Source: Thermodesulfobacteriota bacterium (GTDB lineage: Bacteria; Desulfobacterota_D; UBA1144). From it: 64,000 nt of DNA. This document shows, piece after piece, positions 1 through 13,134 of the stretch. The notes below the pieces were generated by a model, which saw nothing but the letters and a program-made list of their open reading frames with translations, searched no databases and was not told where the DNA came from. Position numbers and translations under genes: made by a program. Location of the stretch: contig JAYYZJ010000005.1 in the NCBI GenBank assembly GCA_036340075.1, positions 109,625 through 173,624 on the forward strand, read 5' to 3'. Position 1 is the first letter of the stretch. Every line of letters begins with the position of its first letter.

Positions 1-704
1 TGGTAAGTCGTTTTATATTTGTTAGCAAGAATATGAAGAACGATTTTATCAACGGAATCAATCTCTTCCCACTCTTTTGCTGCAACTACTCCTGTATAAG
101 GAATAGATGTTTTTGTATAGGTAGTCACAAACCTGCTTAAAGCTTCATCTATCATGATTGAATTAATTTGGTTTGATAAAAATAATTCTCCATTTTTCTT
201 TCCCTTCTTAGGTTCGATATAAACTGGATAATATTTTATTAAGAATTTCTCTAATTTGTTTTTCAGTGAATTAAATTCTAGCAGAAGTTTCGAATCTGAA
301 GGGAAACCTTCGGCTTTAAGACCATAGTAAACCAACTTTGATACAGATCCTGAGGAGGCAGCATTAAATATTTCTTTTAACCAGTTTTTAGCATCTAGCC
401 ACCTTTCAAAATTCTTTTTCGATTTTGTGTCTGTCTTTGAATCTTCCAATTCATTAAGTGTAGAATGAAGTAGATTTACAACAATCTTAACTTTAGACTC
501 TCTTTCGATTGTTAAGTCATCTTTCCAACCTTTAACATAATTTTCGTCATATAGAATTCTAGGCTCTAATCTAATCTGATTAACTATGTTATTAAGAAGT
601 TCTTTCTCTTTGAGAATATCCGGGAAATATTTATCCTTAAAATATTCAACACTGACTGAGATATCTTCTATATTTGATATTTTAGTTTTTAGCTTCTTTT
701 TCAT
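1..704 (-). CDS. Hypothetical protein, truncated by the window start (at least 234 aa)
   Basis: Read by hand: ATG at 704-702 overlaps the fumC stop (TAATG). The frame MKKKLKTKISNIEDISVSVEYFKDKYFPD... stays open to base 1. Not in the ORF track; no family recognised. Confidence 0.75.
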   Translation of the reverse strand, partial: MKKKLKTKISNIEDISVSVEYFKDKYFPDILKEKELLNNIVNQIRLEPRILYDENYVKGWKDDLTIERESKVKIVVNLLHSTLNELEDSKTDTKSKKNFERWLDAKNWLKEIFNAASSGSVSKLVYYGLKAEGFPSDSKLLLEFNSLKNKLEKFLIKYYPVYIEPKKGKKNGELFLSNQINSIMIDEALSRFVTTYTKTSIPYTGVVAAKEWEEIDSVDKIVLHILANKYKTTY

Positions 705-2092
705 TACAAACTAGGCTTCACCATCTTTTTTGGGTTTAAGATATCATCAGCCTTTCTTTTCTCTAATATATTTTCTTCGTAAACTATCTCTCTAACAGTC
801 TTTCCTTCTGCAAAAGCTTTTTTTGCAACAGCTGCAGCTTTATCATATCCAATTACTGGAGCCAAGCTAGTACACATGGCCAAGCTTTCTTCTATATAGC
901 TTTCACACTTCTTTGAGTCCGCCGTGATTCCCGCTACACAGTCTTTAGCAAAAACCTTTGATGATGTTGATAAAAGCTCTATTGATTCTAAAATATTATG
1001 GGCCATAACTGGCATCATTACATTGAGCTCAAAGTTGCCTGATTGTCCTGCTATAGAAACAGTTACATCATTACCAATTACTTGAGCACAAACTTGAGTT
1101 AATGATTCTGCTAGAACTGGGTTTACTTTTCCGGGCATTATTGAGGATCCAGGCTGAATCGCTGGAAGACTAATCTCCCCAAAACCACATCTTGGACCAC
1201 TACCAAGCCATCTAATATCATTCCCTATTTTCATCAAAGAGGTTGCTAAAGTTTTTAGAGAAGAACTAGTAAGTACTAATGCATCTTTAGATGCTTGAGA
1301 TTCAAAATGATTTGGAGCTTCTATAAATTTAATACCTATTTTTTTTGATATCTCTTTGGAGATTCTTTGGGCAAATTTTGGGTGTGAATTTATTCCTGTA
1401 CCGACAGCTGTTCCACCCTGAGCAAGCTCTCTGAGGCTCTCTGATGATTGAATTATAAACTTAATAGATTTTTTTATCATTGCTGCATATCCTGAAAATT
1501 CTTGGCCTAATGTAATAGGGGTAGCATCCTGCAAATGAGTTCTTCCTATTTTAAAAACGGATTTAAATTGATTAGATTTCTTGTTTAATTCCTTTTCAAG
1601 AATCTTCAGATTTGGTATTAGCTGATCTGAAATTAACTTCAACGAGGATATATGCATCGCGGTTGGTATTACATCATTGCTAGATTGACACAAATTTACA
1701 TGATCATTTGGGTGGATTTTTTCTTTTCCCTTGTAGTATTTGTTGGCAACTGTTGCTATTACTTCATTCGCATTCATATTCGTTGATGTTCCAGAACCAG
1801 TTTGAAATATATCAACAACAAATTCTGAATCATATTTACCTTTTATAACATCGTTTGCCGCTCTCATTATTGCATTAGCAATGGATGGTGATATCAACTT
1901 TAGATCCTTATTAGATTTAGCAGCTGAAAATTTAATCACACCAAGCGCCTCTATAAAAGGCCTTTTGAATCTTAAATCACTTATAGGGAAATTATCTATC
2001 GCTCTTGCTGTTTGAGCTGCATAAAGTGCCTTCTTCGGAACTTTCATCTTTCCCATTGAATCAGATTCTACTCTAAATTGTTTTTTTGACAT
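704..2092 (-). CDS. fumC: Class II fumarate hydratase
   Basis: QTGSGTSTNMN, HPNDHVN..QSSND, GRTHLQDA and GSSIMPGKVNP motifs. Confidence 0.95.
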   Translation of the reverse strand: MSKKQFRVESDSMGKMKVPKKALYAAQTARAIDNFPISDLRFKRPFIEALGVIKFSAAKSNKDLKLISPSIANAIMRAANDVIKGKYDSEFVVDIFQTGSGTSTNMNANEVIATVANKYYKGKEKIHPNDHVNLCQSSNDVIPTAMHISSLKLISDQLIPNLKILEKELNKKSNQFKSVFKIGRTHLQDATPITLGQEFSGYAAMIKKSIKFIIQSSESLRELAQGGTAVGTGINSHPKFAQRISKEISKKIGIKFIEAPNHFESQASKDALVLTSSSLKTLATSLMKIGNDIRWLGSGPRCGFGEISLPAIQPGSSIMPGKVNPVLAESLTQVCAQVIGNDVTVSIAGQSGNFELNVMMPVMAHNILESIELLSTSSKVFAKDCVAGITADSKKCESYIEESLAMCTSLAPVIGYDKAAAVAKKAFAEGKTVREIVYEENILEKRKADDILNPKKMVKPSL

Positions 2093-2193
2093 AAATGAAC
2101 TTCCTTCTTAGATAAAGATAATATTAATTTTAACTTATTGTGAGAAACTTTAATAATTATATTTTTTTATTATAATACTTAACGGAGACTGTT

Positions 2194-2517
2194 ATGAGCA
2201 ATATTATAGAAACTAATGATAGCGATTTTAAAAAGGAAGTTTTGGAGTCAGACTTACCAGTCTTAGTAGACTTCTGGGCACCTTGGTGTGGTCCATGCAA
2301 AATGCTCGCACCAACTCTTGAAGAGATATCCGAAGAGAACATAGGCAAAATTAAAATAGTTAAAGTTAATGTTGATGAAAATCAACAAACTGCTGCGAAT
2401 TTTGGTATACAAAGTATACCAACCATGCTTATTTTTGTTAAAGGTGAGCTCAAAGATCAGATAGTTGGATCTTTACCTAAACCCCAAATAGAAGAAGCTC
2501 TTAAGGATCATATTTAA
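2194..2517 (+). CDS. trxA: Thioredoxin
   Basis: WAPWCGPC active site; GGAG SD and TATAAT upstream. Confidence 0.97.
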   Translation: MSNIIETNDSDFKKEVLESDLPVLVDFWAPWCGPCKMLAPTLEEISEENIGKIKIVKVNVDENQQTAANFGIQSIPTMLIFVKGELKDQIVGSLPKPQIEEALKDHI

Positions 2518-2807
2518 TGCCTAAGTATATAATGTTAAGTAATCTAACGGACGAAGGAAGAAAAACAGTAAAAATGCGTCCGGAAAGAATAAAAGAAGTT
2601 AATAATGAAATAGAAAAAATGGGAGCAAAAGTCCTAGAACAGTATGCGGTTCTCGGTGAATATGATTTTATCAATATTTTAGAGGCTCCAAACAATGAAA
2701 CAATTTCAAAAATATCAATTGAGCTAGGTTCTAGAGGAACGATTCAATTTATAACTTTAGCAGCAATGCCAATTGATGAGCTAGAAACTACTTTAGCATC
2801 TAAATAA
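2517..2807 (+). CDS. GYD-domain protein
   Basis: MPKYIMLSNLTDEG...YAVLGEYDFI...GTIQFITL pattern typical of the GYD family; TAATG overlap with trxA. Confidence 0.8.
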   Translation: MPKYIMLSNLTDEGRKTVKMRPERIKEVNNEIEKMGAKVLEQYAVLGEYDFINILEAPNNETISKISIELGSRGTIQFITLAAMPIDELETTLASK

Positions 2808-2819
2808 ATCAATAGATTC

Positions 2820-4211
2820 TTATTCAAATGGAAAAGCCAAGTCAGCCACTATGCCGTTATGTACATATTTTTTAATATTTCCCGAATTTGGCAAAAGTAT
2901 CCCTAGTCCAAAACTAACCTTATTCTGTATCCTAAAATTCAATGAGGACATTGTATCTATAGGTGTGTTTTTCTCTGTAATTTGATCAATCATTTTAAAA
3001 TTATAAGATAGCAAATAAGCAGAATTTTGTGATTTAAAGAGACTTATTTTGGCATCATAAACAAGAAAATTTTCTTCTCTTTCTCCGCTATAATTATCTG
3101 AATTAAAAAAGTTTTCCGAAGACATGCCAACGCTGAGATACTTGGATGCAATCTCTCCACCAGTAGTAACAACTGTCGCATCATGAAGAGTGTCCTTTAA
3201 AAAAAATGTATTAGAGTACAATTTTTCCAGTCTATTTTTAGAATCATCCCATATTGTAGAAGTTGGGAAATTAACACTCAAAATACCAGAAAACGTTAAA
3301 ATATTATTTGAATATATCATTTTTTTAATTCCTGATTTCATATTTCCTATTTCGAAACCATTGTCCACGACCTCATAATTTTTGTCATTACCGTCATATG
3401 CGCCTGCCCATGGAAACGATAGGAAAAAACTAAAATCTTTGGCAGTATTTGAAAATTCAGCATCAACAAAATAAAAAATATCCGAACCTCCTCCTCTATA
3501 TTGTTTTACATCAAAGAAATAAGTTCTGAATCTAAACAAATTACTGTAGGATCCATTATTAGCAAGTAAGCTATATTCAGTATTGGAATAATCTTTATCG
3601 GAATACTTAAAAGGTTTATATATCATAAAAGATCCAGTCAATGGATTAAAGAAACCAATATCTCCTTCTCTAAGAAAAATCTTCGCGGGATTTATGATAT
3701 AGGACAAAGTCTTATTAAATTTACTAGGAGACTCTTCGAGCTTTTTATTAACTTTTTCAAAATATATACCCAAAGGAATCCCAAGACCGGGAGTAATCAA
3801 TAAATCTATTGTTGATGGCTTTTCTACAGTGCCTTCTATAGCAAATTCCCACAAAGAGCTTTGAAGAATTGTTCCTAAGTAAGCTTGGTTATCGCTATAA
3901 CCTAAGTCTTTGTAAACTTGATAATATAAAGCGCCAAAATAAGGATGATAAACATAATTTGTAAGAAAACCATCTCCATCATTCCATTCGGGATTGATTA
4001 TATTTTTCCCCCATTTCTTTGCACTAGTATCAAAAATTTTACTATCTTTGTTTCTTACATAAAGAATTCTTCCAGCCCACATAAAGTAATGTATATTCAA
4101 TGAATCTTCTAGAAAGGTTCTATTGTCAACTTCTTTATTCTCTTCTGAAAATATAGGAATTGTAGAAAATATGAATATTAGAATTGCAAAAATAATTCTC
4201 ATAAAAATCAC
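2820..4211 (-). CDS. DUF3943-domain exported / probable outer-membrane protein
   Basis: Signal-peptide-like N-terminus; WNDGD..TNY..HPYFG..YY and LWEF.IE...KPS..DL..TP.LG motifs of DUF3943; beta-rich C-terminal half. Confidence 0.7.
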   Translation of the reverse strand: MIFMRIIFAILIFIFSTIPIFSEENKEVDNRTFLEDSLNIHYFMWAGRILYVRNKDSKIFDTSAKKWGKNIINPEWNDGDGFLTNYVYHPYFGALYYQVYKDLGYSDNQAYLGTILQSSLWEFAIEGTVEKPSTIDLLITPGLGIPLGIYFEKVNKKLEESPSKFNKTLSYIINPAKIFLREGDIGFFNPLTGSFMIYKPFKYSDKDYSNTEYSLLANNGSYSNLFRFRTYFFDVKQYRGGGSDIFYFVDAEFSNTAKDFSFFLSFPWAGAYDGNDKNYEVVDNGFEIGNMKSGIKKMIYSNNILTFSGILSVNFPTSTIWDDSKNRLEKLYSNTFFLKDTLHDATVVTTGGEIASKYLSVGMSSENFFNSDNYSGEREENFLVYDAKISLFKSQNSAYLLSYNFKMIDQITEKNTPIDTMSSLNFRIQNKVSFGLGILLPNSGNIKKYVHNGIVADLAFPFE

Positions 4212-5323
4212 TTTAACCCTGAAAGAATTTTTTTAGCTCTATTTTCCCAGCTAAAATCTTTTGATAATTCAAAAGCTTCGTTTGATAGCTGTTCTCTTTT
4301 TTCTGGGTTGTCCAATAAAATCTGTACAGAATCTTTAATCTCTTTGTAAGAATCTGGATTTACTAATAAAGCATTCTTGTTATTTTTTAATATATTAACA
4401 AAGGATGGTAAGTCAGAAGCAATAATTGGTTTCTTTGCAGATAAATATTCAAACAATTTAATTGGGGAAGAAAAACTAGAAGCTACCTGATCTCCTTTTA
4501 TCGTAAAATCAGAATCATAAGGAATTAAGAGTATGTCTGAAATCATAAGGTAATTTGGGATTTCAACATGAGGAACATGATTAGTAAAAAATATATTTCT
4601 TTCTTCTGTAATTAATCTTTTGTATTTCAAATTATCTTCTTTTTCTCCACCAATTACTAAGAAGTAAATATTTTTGTAATCTTTTGCTAGTCGAATAATT
4701 TTCTCAATTCCTCTACCCTTATAGGTGTTCCCTACATATGAAATGACTTTTACATCTATAGGTATATTTAATTGATTCTTAAATTTAATATATTCCTCAT
4801 TTGGTTTAAAGTCTTGGATGTTTACTCCATTGTTAAGAACCTGAAATTTTTTATTGCTTTCCTTGTCTATCGCATTTCTTGTTCCTTCAGAATTACAAAT
4901 TATTTTTAATATATTTTTAGACTCAACAAATCTTTTAATTGCGATTCTAGAAAATAGATTTACCGGCGGGTGATGTATGTCTACAATAATATTATTCTTC
5001 AAGTAAGAGGCAAGAAAAGCAAAAGTAATATTTCTTGTAACAATACAATCGTAATCACCCAAAGTTAGAACTTTAAAGAACGAAGATACTCCATGAAAGA
5101 AATGTCTCTTTGGTCCTTTTAAAAATCCCATAGAAGGATAAATTTTAAAATTTTTCTTTATTCCATAATAAGAAAAAAATTTATCTATTCGATCAGAAGA
5201 AATTGGAAGCATTAACGTGACTTCTTCGCCTATTTTTGAAAAAGCTTCACACATTCTAGCTACATGTATTGCGCTAGCGCCCTCGGTAAACACCTCTGGA
5301 CTACCTATATAATATATTTTCAC
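4208..5323 (-). CDS. Glycosyltransferase family 4 (GT-B fold)
   Basis: YVG....GRG, SPIKLFEYLSAKKPIIASDLP and FSWENRA motifs; GTG start. Confidence 0.9.
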   Translation of the reverse strand: MKIYYIGSPEVFTEGASAIHVARMCEAFSKIGEEVTLMLPISSDRIDKFFSYYGIKKNFKIYPSMGFLKGPKRHFFHGVSSFFKVLTLGDYDCIVTRNITFAFLASYLKNNIIVDIHHPPVNLFSRIAIKRFVESKNILKIICNSEGTRNAIDKESNKKFQVLNNGVNIQDFKPNEEYIKFKNQLNIPIDVKVISYVGNTYKGRGIEKIIRLAKDYKNIYFLVIGGEKEDNLKYKRLITEERNIFFTNHVPHVEIPNYLMISDILLIPYDSDFTIKGDQVASSFSSPIKLFEYLSAKKPIIASDLPSFVNILKNNKNALLVNPDSYKEIKDSVQILLDNPEKREQLSNEAFELSKDFSWENRAKKILSGLK

Positions 5324-5389
5324 TATTTATATATTATTGATTAATTGATTAATAAACAATATTTAATTAAGATTTGATATTAGACGAAT

Positions 5390-6694
5390 ATGAAAATCGT
5401 AAAAGGCTTTAGAGACATAACACCATTTGGAAAGAATCCTACAGAGACTTCTTCTTATTGGAACTATATAGTTAAAAATCTTAAAGATACTATGGATATC
5501 TATAACTTTTCCGAAATTATTACTCCTGTATTGGAGCATACTTCAACATTTAAAACAGGTATAGGATCAGATACAGATATAGTTTCTAAAGAAATGTATG
5601 AATTTTCTCTAAGAAATCAAGAGAAAGAGGATGTTTCTTATTGCTTAAGACCTGAAGGTACAGCCCCAATAGTTAGAAGTTATATTGAAAATTCTTTATA
5701 TAAATTAAAAAAAATAAACAAACTTTTTTATTTAGGTCCTATGTATAGATATGAAAGATCCCAAAAGGGCCGCTATAGATTGTTTCATCAAGTAGGAGTT
5801 GAACTTCTTGGCTCAAATGAGATTTACCATGAAGTTGAAATTTTACATTTAGCAAAAGATTTATTGGAAAAAGTAGAAATTGAAGATTATGTATTTCAAA
5901 TTAATTCAATAGGTGATTCCTCTTCCTTAAAAAAAATATCTTCCGCAGTAAAAGAATTTGGAACAAAACATAAGCAGTCAATTGAAAAAAGTGATTTTGA
6001 AATCCTAGAAAAAAATCCTTTAAGATTTCTTGATAAGGCAATTCATAAATACAATTTCGATAACATACCTAATACATCTGATTATGTTTCTGCCTATTCT
6101 TTAAAAAGATTTAAAGAATTAAAAAGAATTTTGGATGATTTAGGCTTCCCTTACAAAGAAAATAATCAATTAATACGAGGGATAGACTACTATAATGATT
6201 TTGTATTTGAAGCTACTTCATCTAGTCTTGGATCTCAAGATGCTATACTTGCAGGCGGAAGATATGATGCGCTGGTAGAAAACTTGGGTGGTCCACCTAC
6301 AAAAGCTATTGGTTTTGCAGCCGGAATTGAGAGAATGCTCCTACTAATACAGGAAAGACTCAAAGAAATTGATTCTAATACCGACTCCAATGAAATAGAT
6401 TTTTATATAGCATATCAAAATTCAGATTTTCTAGAGTATTCATTTAAAATTGCTAATGAACTACGAAGAAATGGTTTTAAAGTTGAGATAGAATATGACA
6501 ATAAAAGCTTTGTAAAACAAATGAAATCTGCTAACAAGCTTTCCTCTCGATATGTTGCTATAATTGGTGAAGAAGAACATAAGAATTCTACGGTAAGAAT
6601 TAAGAACATGTCTACAGGTGATGAAAAATTAGTGGATTTGGATTCAGAGTTTATAGACGTACTAATAGAAGAGATGTCTTCTTCATTAAGTTAA
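5390..6694 (+). CDS. hisS: Histidine--tRNA ligase
   Basis: LRPEGTA, RYER.QKGRYR.FHQ, IRGIDYY and AGGRYD motifs. Confidence 0.97.
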   Translation: MKIVKGFRDITPFGKNPTETSSYWNYIVKNLKDTMDIYNFSEIITPVLEHTSTFKTGIGSDTDIVSKEMYEFSLRNQEKEDVSYCLRPEGTAPIVRSYIENSLYKLKKINKLFYLGPMYRYERSQKGRYRLFHQVGVELLGSNEIYHEVEILHLAKDLLEKVEIEDYVFQINSIGDSSSLKKISSAVKEFGTKHKQSIEKSDFEILEKNPLRFLDKAIHKYNFDNIPNTSDYVSAYSLKRFKELKRILDDLGFPYKENNQLIRGIDYYNDFVFEATSSSLGSQDAILAGGRYDALVENLGGPPTKAIGFAAGIERMLLLIQERLKEIDSNTDSNEIDFYIAYQNSDFLEYSFKIANELRRNGFKVEIEYDNKSFVKQMKSANKLSSRYVAIIGEEEHKNSTVRIKNMSTGDEKLVDLDSEFIDVLIEEMSSSLS

Positions 6695-6733
6695 TTTTTG
6701 AAATCTATATAATCCACTTATGAGTTAATAAAA

Positions 6734-7939
6734 ATGAGCAATAAGAAATTTTTTTACGGTTGGATTATAGTTGTTGCTGGGGTTATGTTGGTTTACCTTG
6801 ATGGGCTACTTCTCTATTCTTTTGGAGTGCTTTTGCCATCGATACAAGAAAAATTTGATTTGACGAAAGCATTAGTTAATTCAATCTTCGCGGTTCGATG
6901 TCTCGTGTTTGCTTTTTCAATGGTAGTTTTTGGAAGATTAATCGACAGACATAAACCTGAAAAAATTATCTTTTTAGGTGGCATCATATGCGCCTTAGGC
7001 CTTTTCCTAACAGCATATTCCGAAACTAAAATTGCTCTATTTATCAATTATGGCATATTGCCTGGAATTGGTGATGGAGCTTTTTACATTCCGGCAGTAG
7101 CTATAGCACAAAGATGGTTCAATAAAAGGAGAGACTTTGTTGTCGGAATTATTACAGCCGGAGTGCCAATTAGTGGATTAACCATTAGTCCTTTATCCGC
7201 ATTCATACTCGACAATGCTTCTTTAGAATCAACCCTAATATGTTTGGCAATAATTGCATTCATTTTTTCATTCGCAGCATTTCTAATGAAAGAAAGCCCT
7301 GAGGAATTAGGTTTAGAACCATACGGTGGGCCCTTCCCTGCACAAAAAAAACACGAATCAAATGCTTGGTCAACAATTGAGGCAGTAAAAACGGTTCCCT
7401 TTTTTATTCTTTATTTGTTAATGATTTTTGGGATGTTGGCTTTTTTAATCGTCATAACACTACAATTTGATTATGCTCTAAGCAAAAATCTTGGTCTACT
7501 AGCTGCTTCAGCAGCGCCAGCAGCAATTGCTGTTGGTAGTTTATGCGGTAGATTGGTAACAGGATACTTAGCTGAATTTACACATAGGGTCAAGATTCTT
7601 TTTTTGGTTTTTCTCGGCCAGGGTCTATCAATTTTAATAATAATCAATGCCAATGATATTCTATCGTACATCATATTCGGAATCATATTTGGTTTCTGTT
7701 ATGGTGGCTGGATTCCTATCTTTCCAAGTAAGCTCAAGGATTTTTTTGGAACAGCCAATGCCGGGCAAATCTTTGGTGTATTTGGAACAAGTTTTTCGAT
7801 TTCTGCCATAATTGGCCCTCCTTTGGCAGGCTTTCTTGTAGACCAATTTGATACATATTTGTATGGATTATATTTTTCCATGACTGTATGCTTAATTGGC
7901 GCATCTATAGCATTGTTTGTTAGAAAACCTATAAAATAG
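6734..7939 (+). CDS. MFS transporter (OFA/monocarboxylate-like)
   Basis: FFYGWIIV start, FGRLIDRHKP loop, about 12 hydrophobic segments, GPPLAGFLVD. Confidence 0.85.
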   Translation: MSNKKFFYGWIIVVAGVMLVYLDGLLLYSFGVLLPSIQEKFDLTKALVNSIFAVRCLVFAFSMVVFGRLIDRHKPEKIIFLGGIICALGLFLTAYSETKIALFINYGILPGIGDGAFYIPAVAIAQRWFNKRRDFVVGIITAGVPISGLTISPLSAFILDNASLESTLICLAIIAFIFSFAAFLMKESPEELGLEPYGGPFPAQKKHESNAWSTIEAVKTVPFFILYLLMIFGMLAFLIVITLQFDYALSKNLGLLAASAAPAAIAVGSLCGRLVTGYLAEFTHRVKILFLVFLGQGLSILIIINANDILSYIIFGIIFGFCYGGWIPIFPSKLKDFFGTANAGQIFGVFGTSFSISAIIGPPLAGFLVDQFDTYLYGLYFSMTVCLIGASIALFVRKPIK

Positions 7940-7963
7940 TTTTTTTTAATTTATAATAAAATT

Positions 7964-8155
7964 ATGTTTGGATTAGGTTTTACTGAGATACTTTTTGTTC
8001 TTATTGTCTTTATATTACTTTTCGGACCTGACGAAGTTCCAAAAATTGCTAAAAAATGCAGTAAATTTTATAGAGATGTAATTAATATAAAAGAAGACTT
8101 AAACCGATCAGTAAATGAAGAAATTAATGATATAAAAAAAACAGTTGAAAAATAA
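7964..8155 (+). CDS. Twin-arginine translocase TatA/TatB family subunit
   Basis: MFGLGFTEIL..IV.ILLFGP..VP.IA pattern: one TM helix plus an amphipathic helix. Confidence 0.85.
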   Translation: MFGLGFTEILFVLIVFILLFGPDEVPKIAKKCSKFYRDVINIKEDLNRSVNEEINDIKKTVEK

Positions 8156-10672
<2,517 letters not shown>

Positions 10673-10688
10673 CTAGTTTAATAAAAGT

Positions 10689-11249
10689 CTAATCTTTCAT
10701 TCTTGGCAAAGTAATTCCTGTTTGACTTTGATACTTGCCCTTCTTGTCTGCATATGATGTTTCACATTCCTCGTCACTCTCAAAAAATAGAACTTGAGCT
10801 ATTCCTTCATTAGCATAAATCTTAGCAGGAAGAGGAGTTGTGTTAGAAATTTCAAGAGTAACATAGCCTTCCCATTCCGGCTCAAACGGAGTCACATTAA
10901 CTATTATACCACATCTTGCATACGTAGACTTACCTACACATACCGTGACTGTACTTCTAGGAATTCTAAAATACTCCACTGTTCTAGCTAGTGCAAAAGA
11001 ATTTGGAGGAATAATGCATTCTTTATCGACTATGGTTACAAATGACTTCTCATCAAAATTCTTCGGATCAACAACTGTATTAAAAACGTCCGTAAAAACT
11101 TTAAATTCATCACTAACCCTAATGTCATATCCATATGATGAAACCCCATAAGAAATTGCACCTTGAGTTGTTTGTTTGTCTACAAATGGCTCTATCATTC
11201 CATTCTCTAGTGCCATCTTTTTAATCCAATGATCTGGTCTTATGCTCAT
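10689..11249 (-). CDS. dcd: dCTP deaminase
   Basis: [21 protein letters not shown] and PFEPEWEG motifs; GGAGG SD. Confidence 0.97.
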   Translation of the reverse strand: MSIRPDHWIKKMALENGMIEPFVDKQTTQGAISYGVSSYGYDIRVSDEFKVFTDVFNTVVDPKNFDEKSFVTIVDKECIIPPNSFALARTVEYFRIPRSTVTVCVGKSTYARCGIIVNVTPFEPEWEGYVTLEISNTTPLPAKIYANEGIAQVLFFESDEECETSYADKKGKYQSQTGITLPRMKD

Positions 11250-11264
11250 AAAAACCTCCTAGTT

Positions 11265-12251
11265 TCAAAACTGACCAAGAAACTGTAAATCGTTTTGGTA
11301 AAAATATCTAATATCTGTAATTCCATGCTTAATCATAGCTAGCCTTTCTATCCCAACACCAAAAGCAATGCCGGAAAATTCATTCGGATCATATCCTACA
11401 TAATTAAAGACTTTGGGATTTACCATCCCACAACCTAGAACCTCCATCCAAGTTTTATTTCCGGATTTATCTGTCCATTCAATATCTAATTCAGCGCTTG
11501 GCTCTGTAAATGGGAAATAACTGGGTCTAAACCTAATCTTAATTTCTTTTCCAAAAAATCTTGAACAAAATTCAATCAATATTCCTTTTAGCTCTGCAAA
11601 TGTTACTTCTTTGTCAACCAATAATCCTTCAACTTGATGAAACATAGGTGTATGAGTCACATCGCTATCACATCTATAAACTTTCCCAGGAGATATGATT
11701 TTAATTGGTGGATTATTCTTTTCCATCACTCTTATTTGCATAGGTGATGTATGAGTACGAAGCAGTTTGTCTTTATCAAGATAAAAAGTATCTTGCATAT
11801 CTCTTGCAGGATGATTCTTTGGAATGTTTAAAGATTCAAAATTATAATAGTCTGTTTCAATCTCGGGTCCCTCTGTAACTTCAAAACCAAAATCTGTAAA
11901 AATGCCTATAACATCTGAAAGAACCTGAGATATTGGATGAATGCTACCAAGGTCTATACCTCTAGAAGGTAAAGTGACATCAATTTTTTCGTCCTTTAAT
12001 TTATTATTGATATCATCAATTTTTATTTGTCTAAATTTTTCGTCTATAAGTGATTCAATCTCTTTTTTTAAACTATTAATTTTTTGACCTTGAATTTTCT
12101 TGTCTTCAATAGATAAATCCTTTAAAGAATTAGTCAAAAGAGTTATTTCCCCTTTCTTTCCAAGATACTTTGATTTTATGTTCAAAAGTTCATTTTCAGT
12201 AGAAACTTTAGTTAAATCTTTGACAAGCTTTTTTATCTGATTATCAGACAT
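11265..12251 (-). CDS. pheS: Phenylalanine--tRNA ligase alpha subunit
   Basis: HPARDMQDTFY, LRTHTS, FPFTEPS and AFGVGIERLAM motifs. Confidence 0.97.
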   Translation of the reverse strand: MSDNQIKKLVKDLTKVSTENELLNIKSKYLGKKGEITLLTNSLKDLSIEDKKIQGQKINSLKKEIESLIDEKFRQIKIDDINNKLKDEKIDVTLPSRGIDLGSIHPISQVLSDVIGIFTDFGFEVTEGPEIETDYYNFESLNIPKNHPARDMQDTFYLDKDKLLRTHTSPMQIRVMEKNNPPIKIISPGKVYRCDSDVTHTPMFHQVEGLLVDKEVTFAELKGILIEFCSRFFGKEIKIRFRPSYFPFTEPSAELDIEWTDKSGNKTWMEVLGCGMVNPKVFNYVGYDPNEFSGIAFGVGIERLAMIKHGITDIRYFYQNDLQFLGQF

Positions 12252-13134
12252 TCTTTTCTATTTTACCTCGATACAAGTAATACATAATATATGGTGCAAA
12301 AAGAATTGAAGAATACGTACCAATTGTTACACCAATAATCATAATAAGTGCAAAATCTTCAATTTCAACACCTCCAAAGAAATAGAGTGGTACAAGAACT
12401 ATAAGAACAGTTAATACAGTTAGAACTGTACGAGATAATGTTTGAAAAATACTTGTATCAATTATCTCACTTAAAGGCAACTTAGTTATTTTCATATTTT
12501 CTCTTACTCTATCAAAAATCACTATAGTATCATTTACTGAGTAACCAATAACAGTTAATAACGCTGCAATAGTAGCAAGAGTAATCTCTACATTTAAATA
12601 TGTAATCAGAGTAGTAGTAATTATAAAGTCATGAAACAATGCTATTACAGCAGCTATAGCAAAACTAAAGCTAAATCTAATGAATACGTAAATTAGAATT
12701 GCAAGCGAACCAAAAATTATGGAATAAATACCATTTTGTATCAACTCTTTTCCAACTTTAGGTCCAATAAAATCTATTCTACTTATAGAATATGAATTAG
12801 AAGAAAAATTATTATCAACAACCTCTTTTAGTGAATCCTTGTATTGATTAGGTTTTGAGATTTCTTTCTCATCATTTACTGGAAGCCTAATTAAAAATTC
12901 CTTATCTTTTCCGTATTCTTGAATTGAAATATTTGAAAATCCTGATTCAGTAAAACTTTTCCTTATTTGATCAATTTCCACATTATCTTCAAATTTTATA
13001 ACAACTTCGGTCCCACCCATAAATTCTATACCATAATCTAATCCTTCTCTGTTGATGTGGTAAAGACTTAGAATGATTAACACCATAGAAACAAAAAAAG
13101 TTATTTTCATAGAACGAAAGAAACTAAACTTCAT
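12244..13134 (-). CDS. secF: Protein translocase subunit SecF
   Basis: GIEFMGG, IGPKVG and GYSVNDTIVIFDRVRE motifs; start moved to ATG 13134 (GGTGG SD). Confidence 0.95.
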   Translation of the reverse strand: MKFSFFRSMKITFFVSMVLIILSLYHINREGLDYGIEFMGGTEVVIKFEDNVEIDQIRKSFTESGFSNISIQEYGKDKEFLIRLPVNDEKEISKPNQYKDSLKEVVDNNFSSNSYSISRIDFIGPKVGKELIQNGIYSIIFGSLAILIYVFIRFSFSFAIAAVIALFHDFIITTTLITYLNVEITLATIAALLTVIGYSVNDTIVIFDRVRENMKITKLPLSEIIDTSIFQTLSRTVLTVLTVLIVLVPLYFFGGVEIEDFALIMIIGVTIGTYSSILFAPYIMYYLYRGKIEKNV

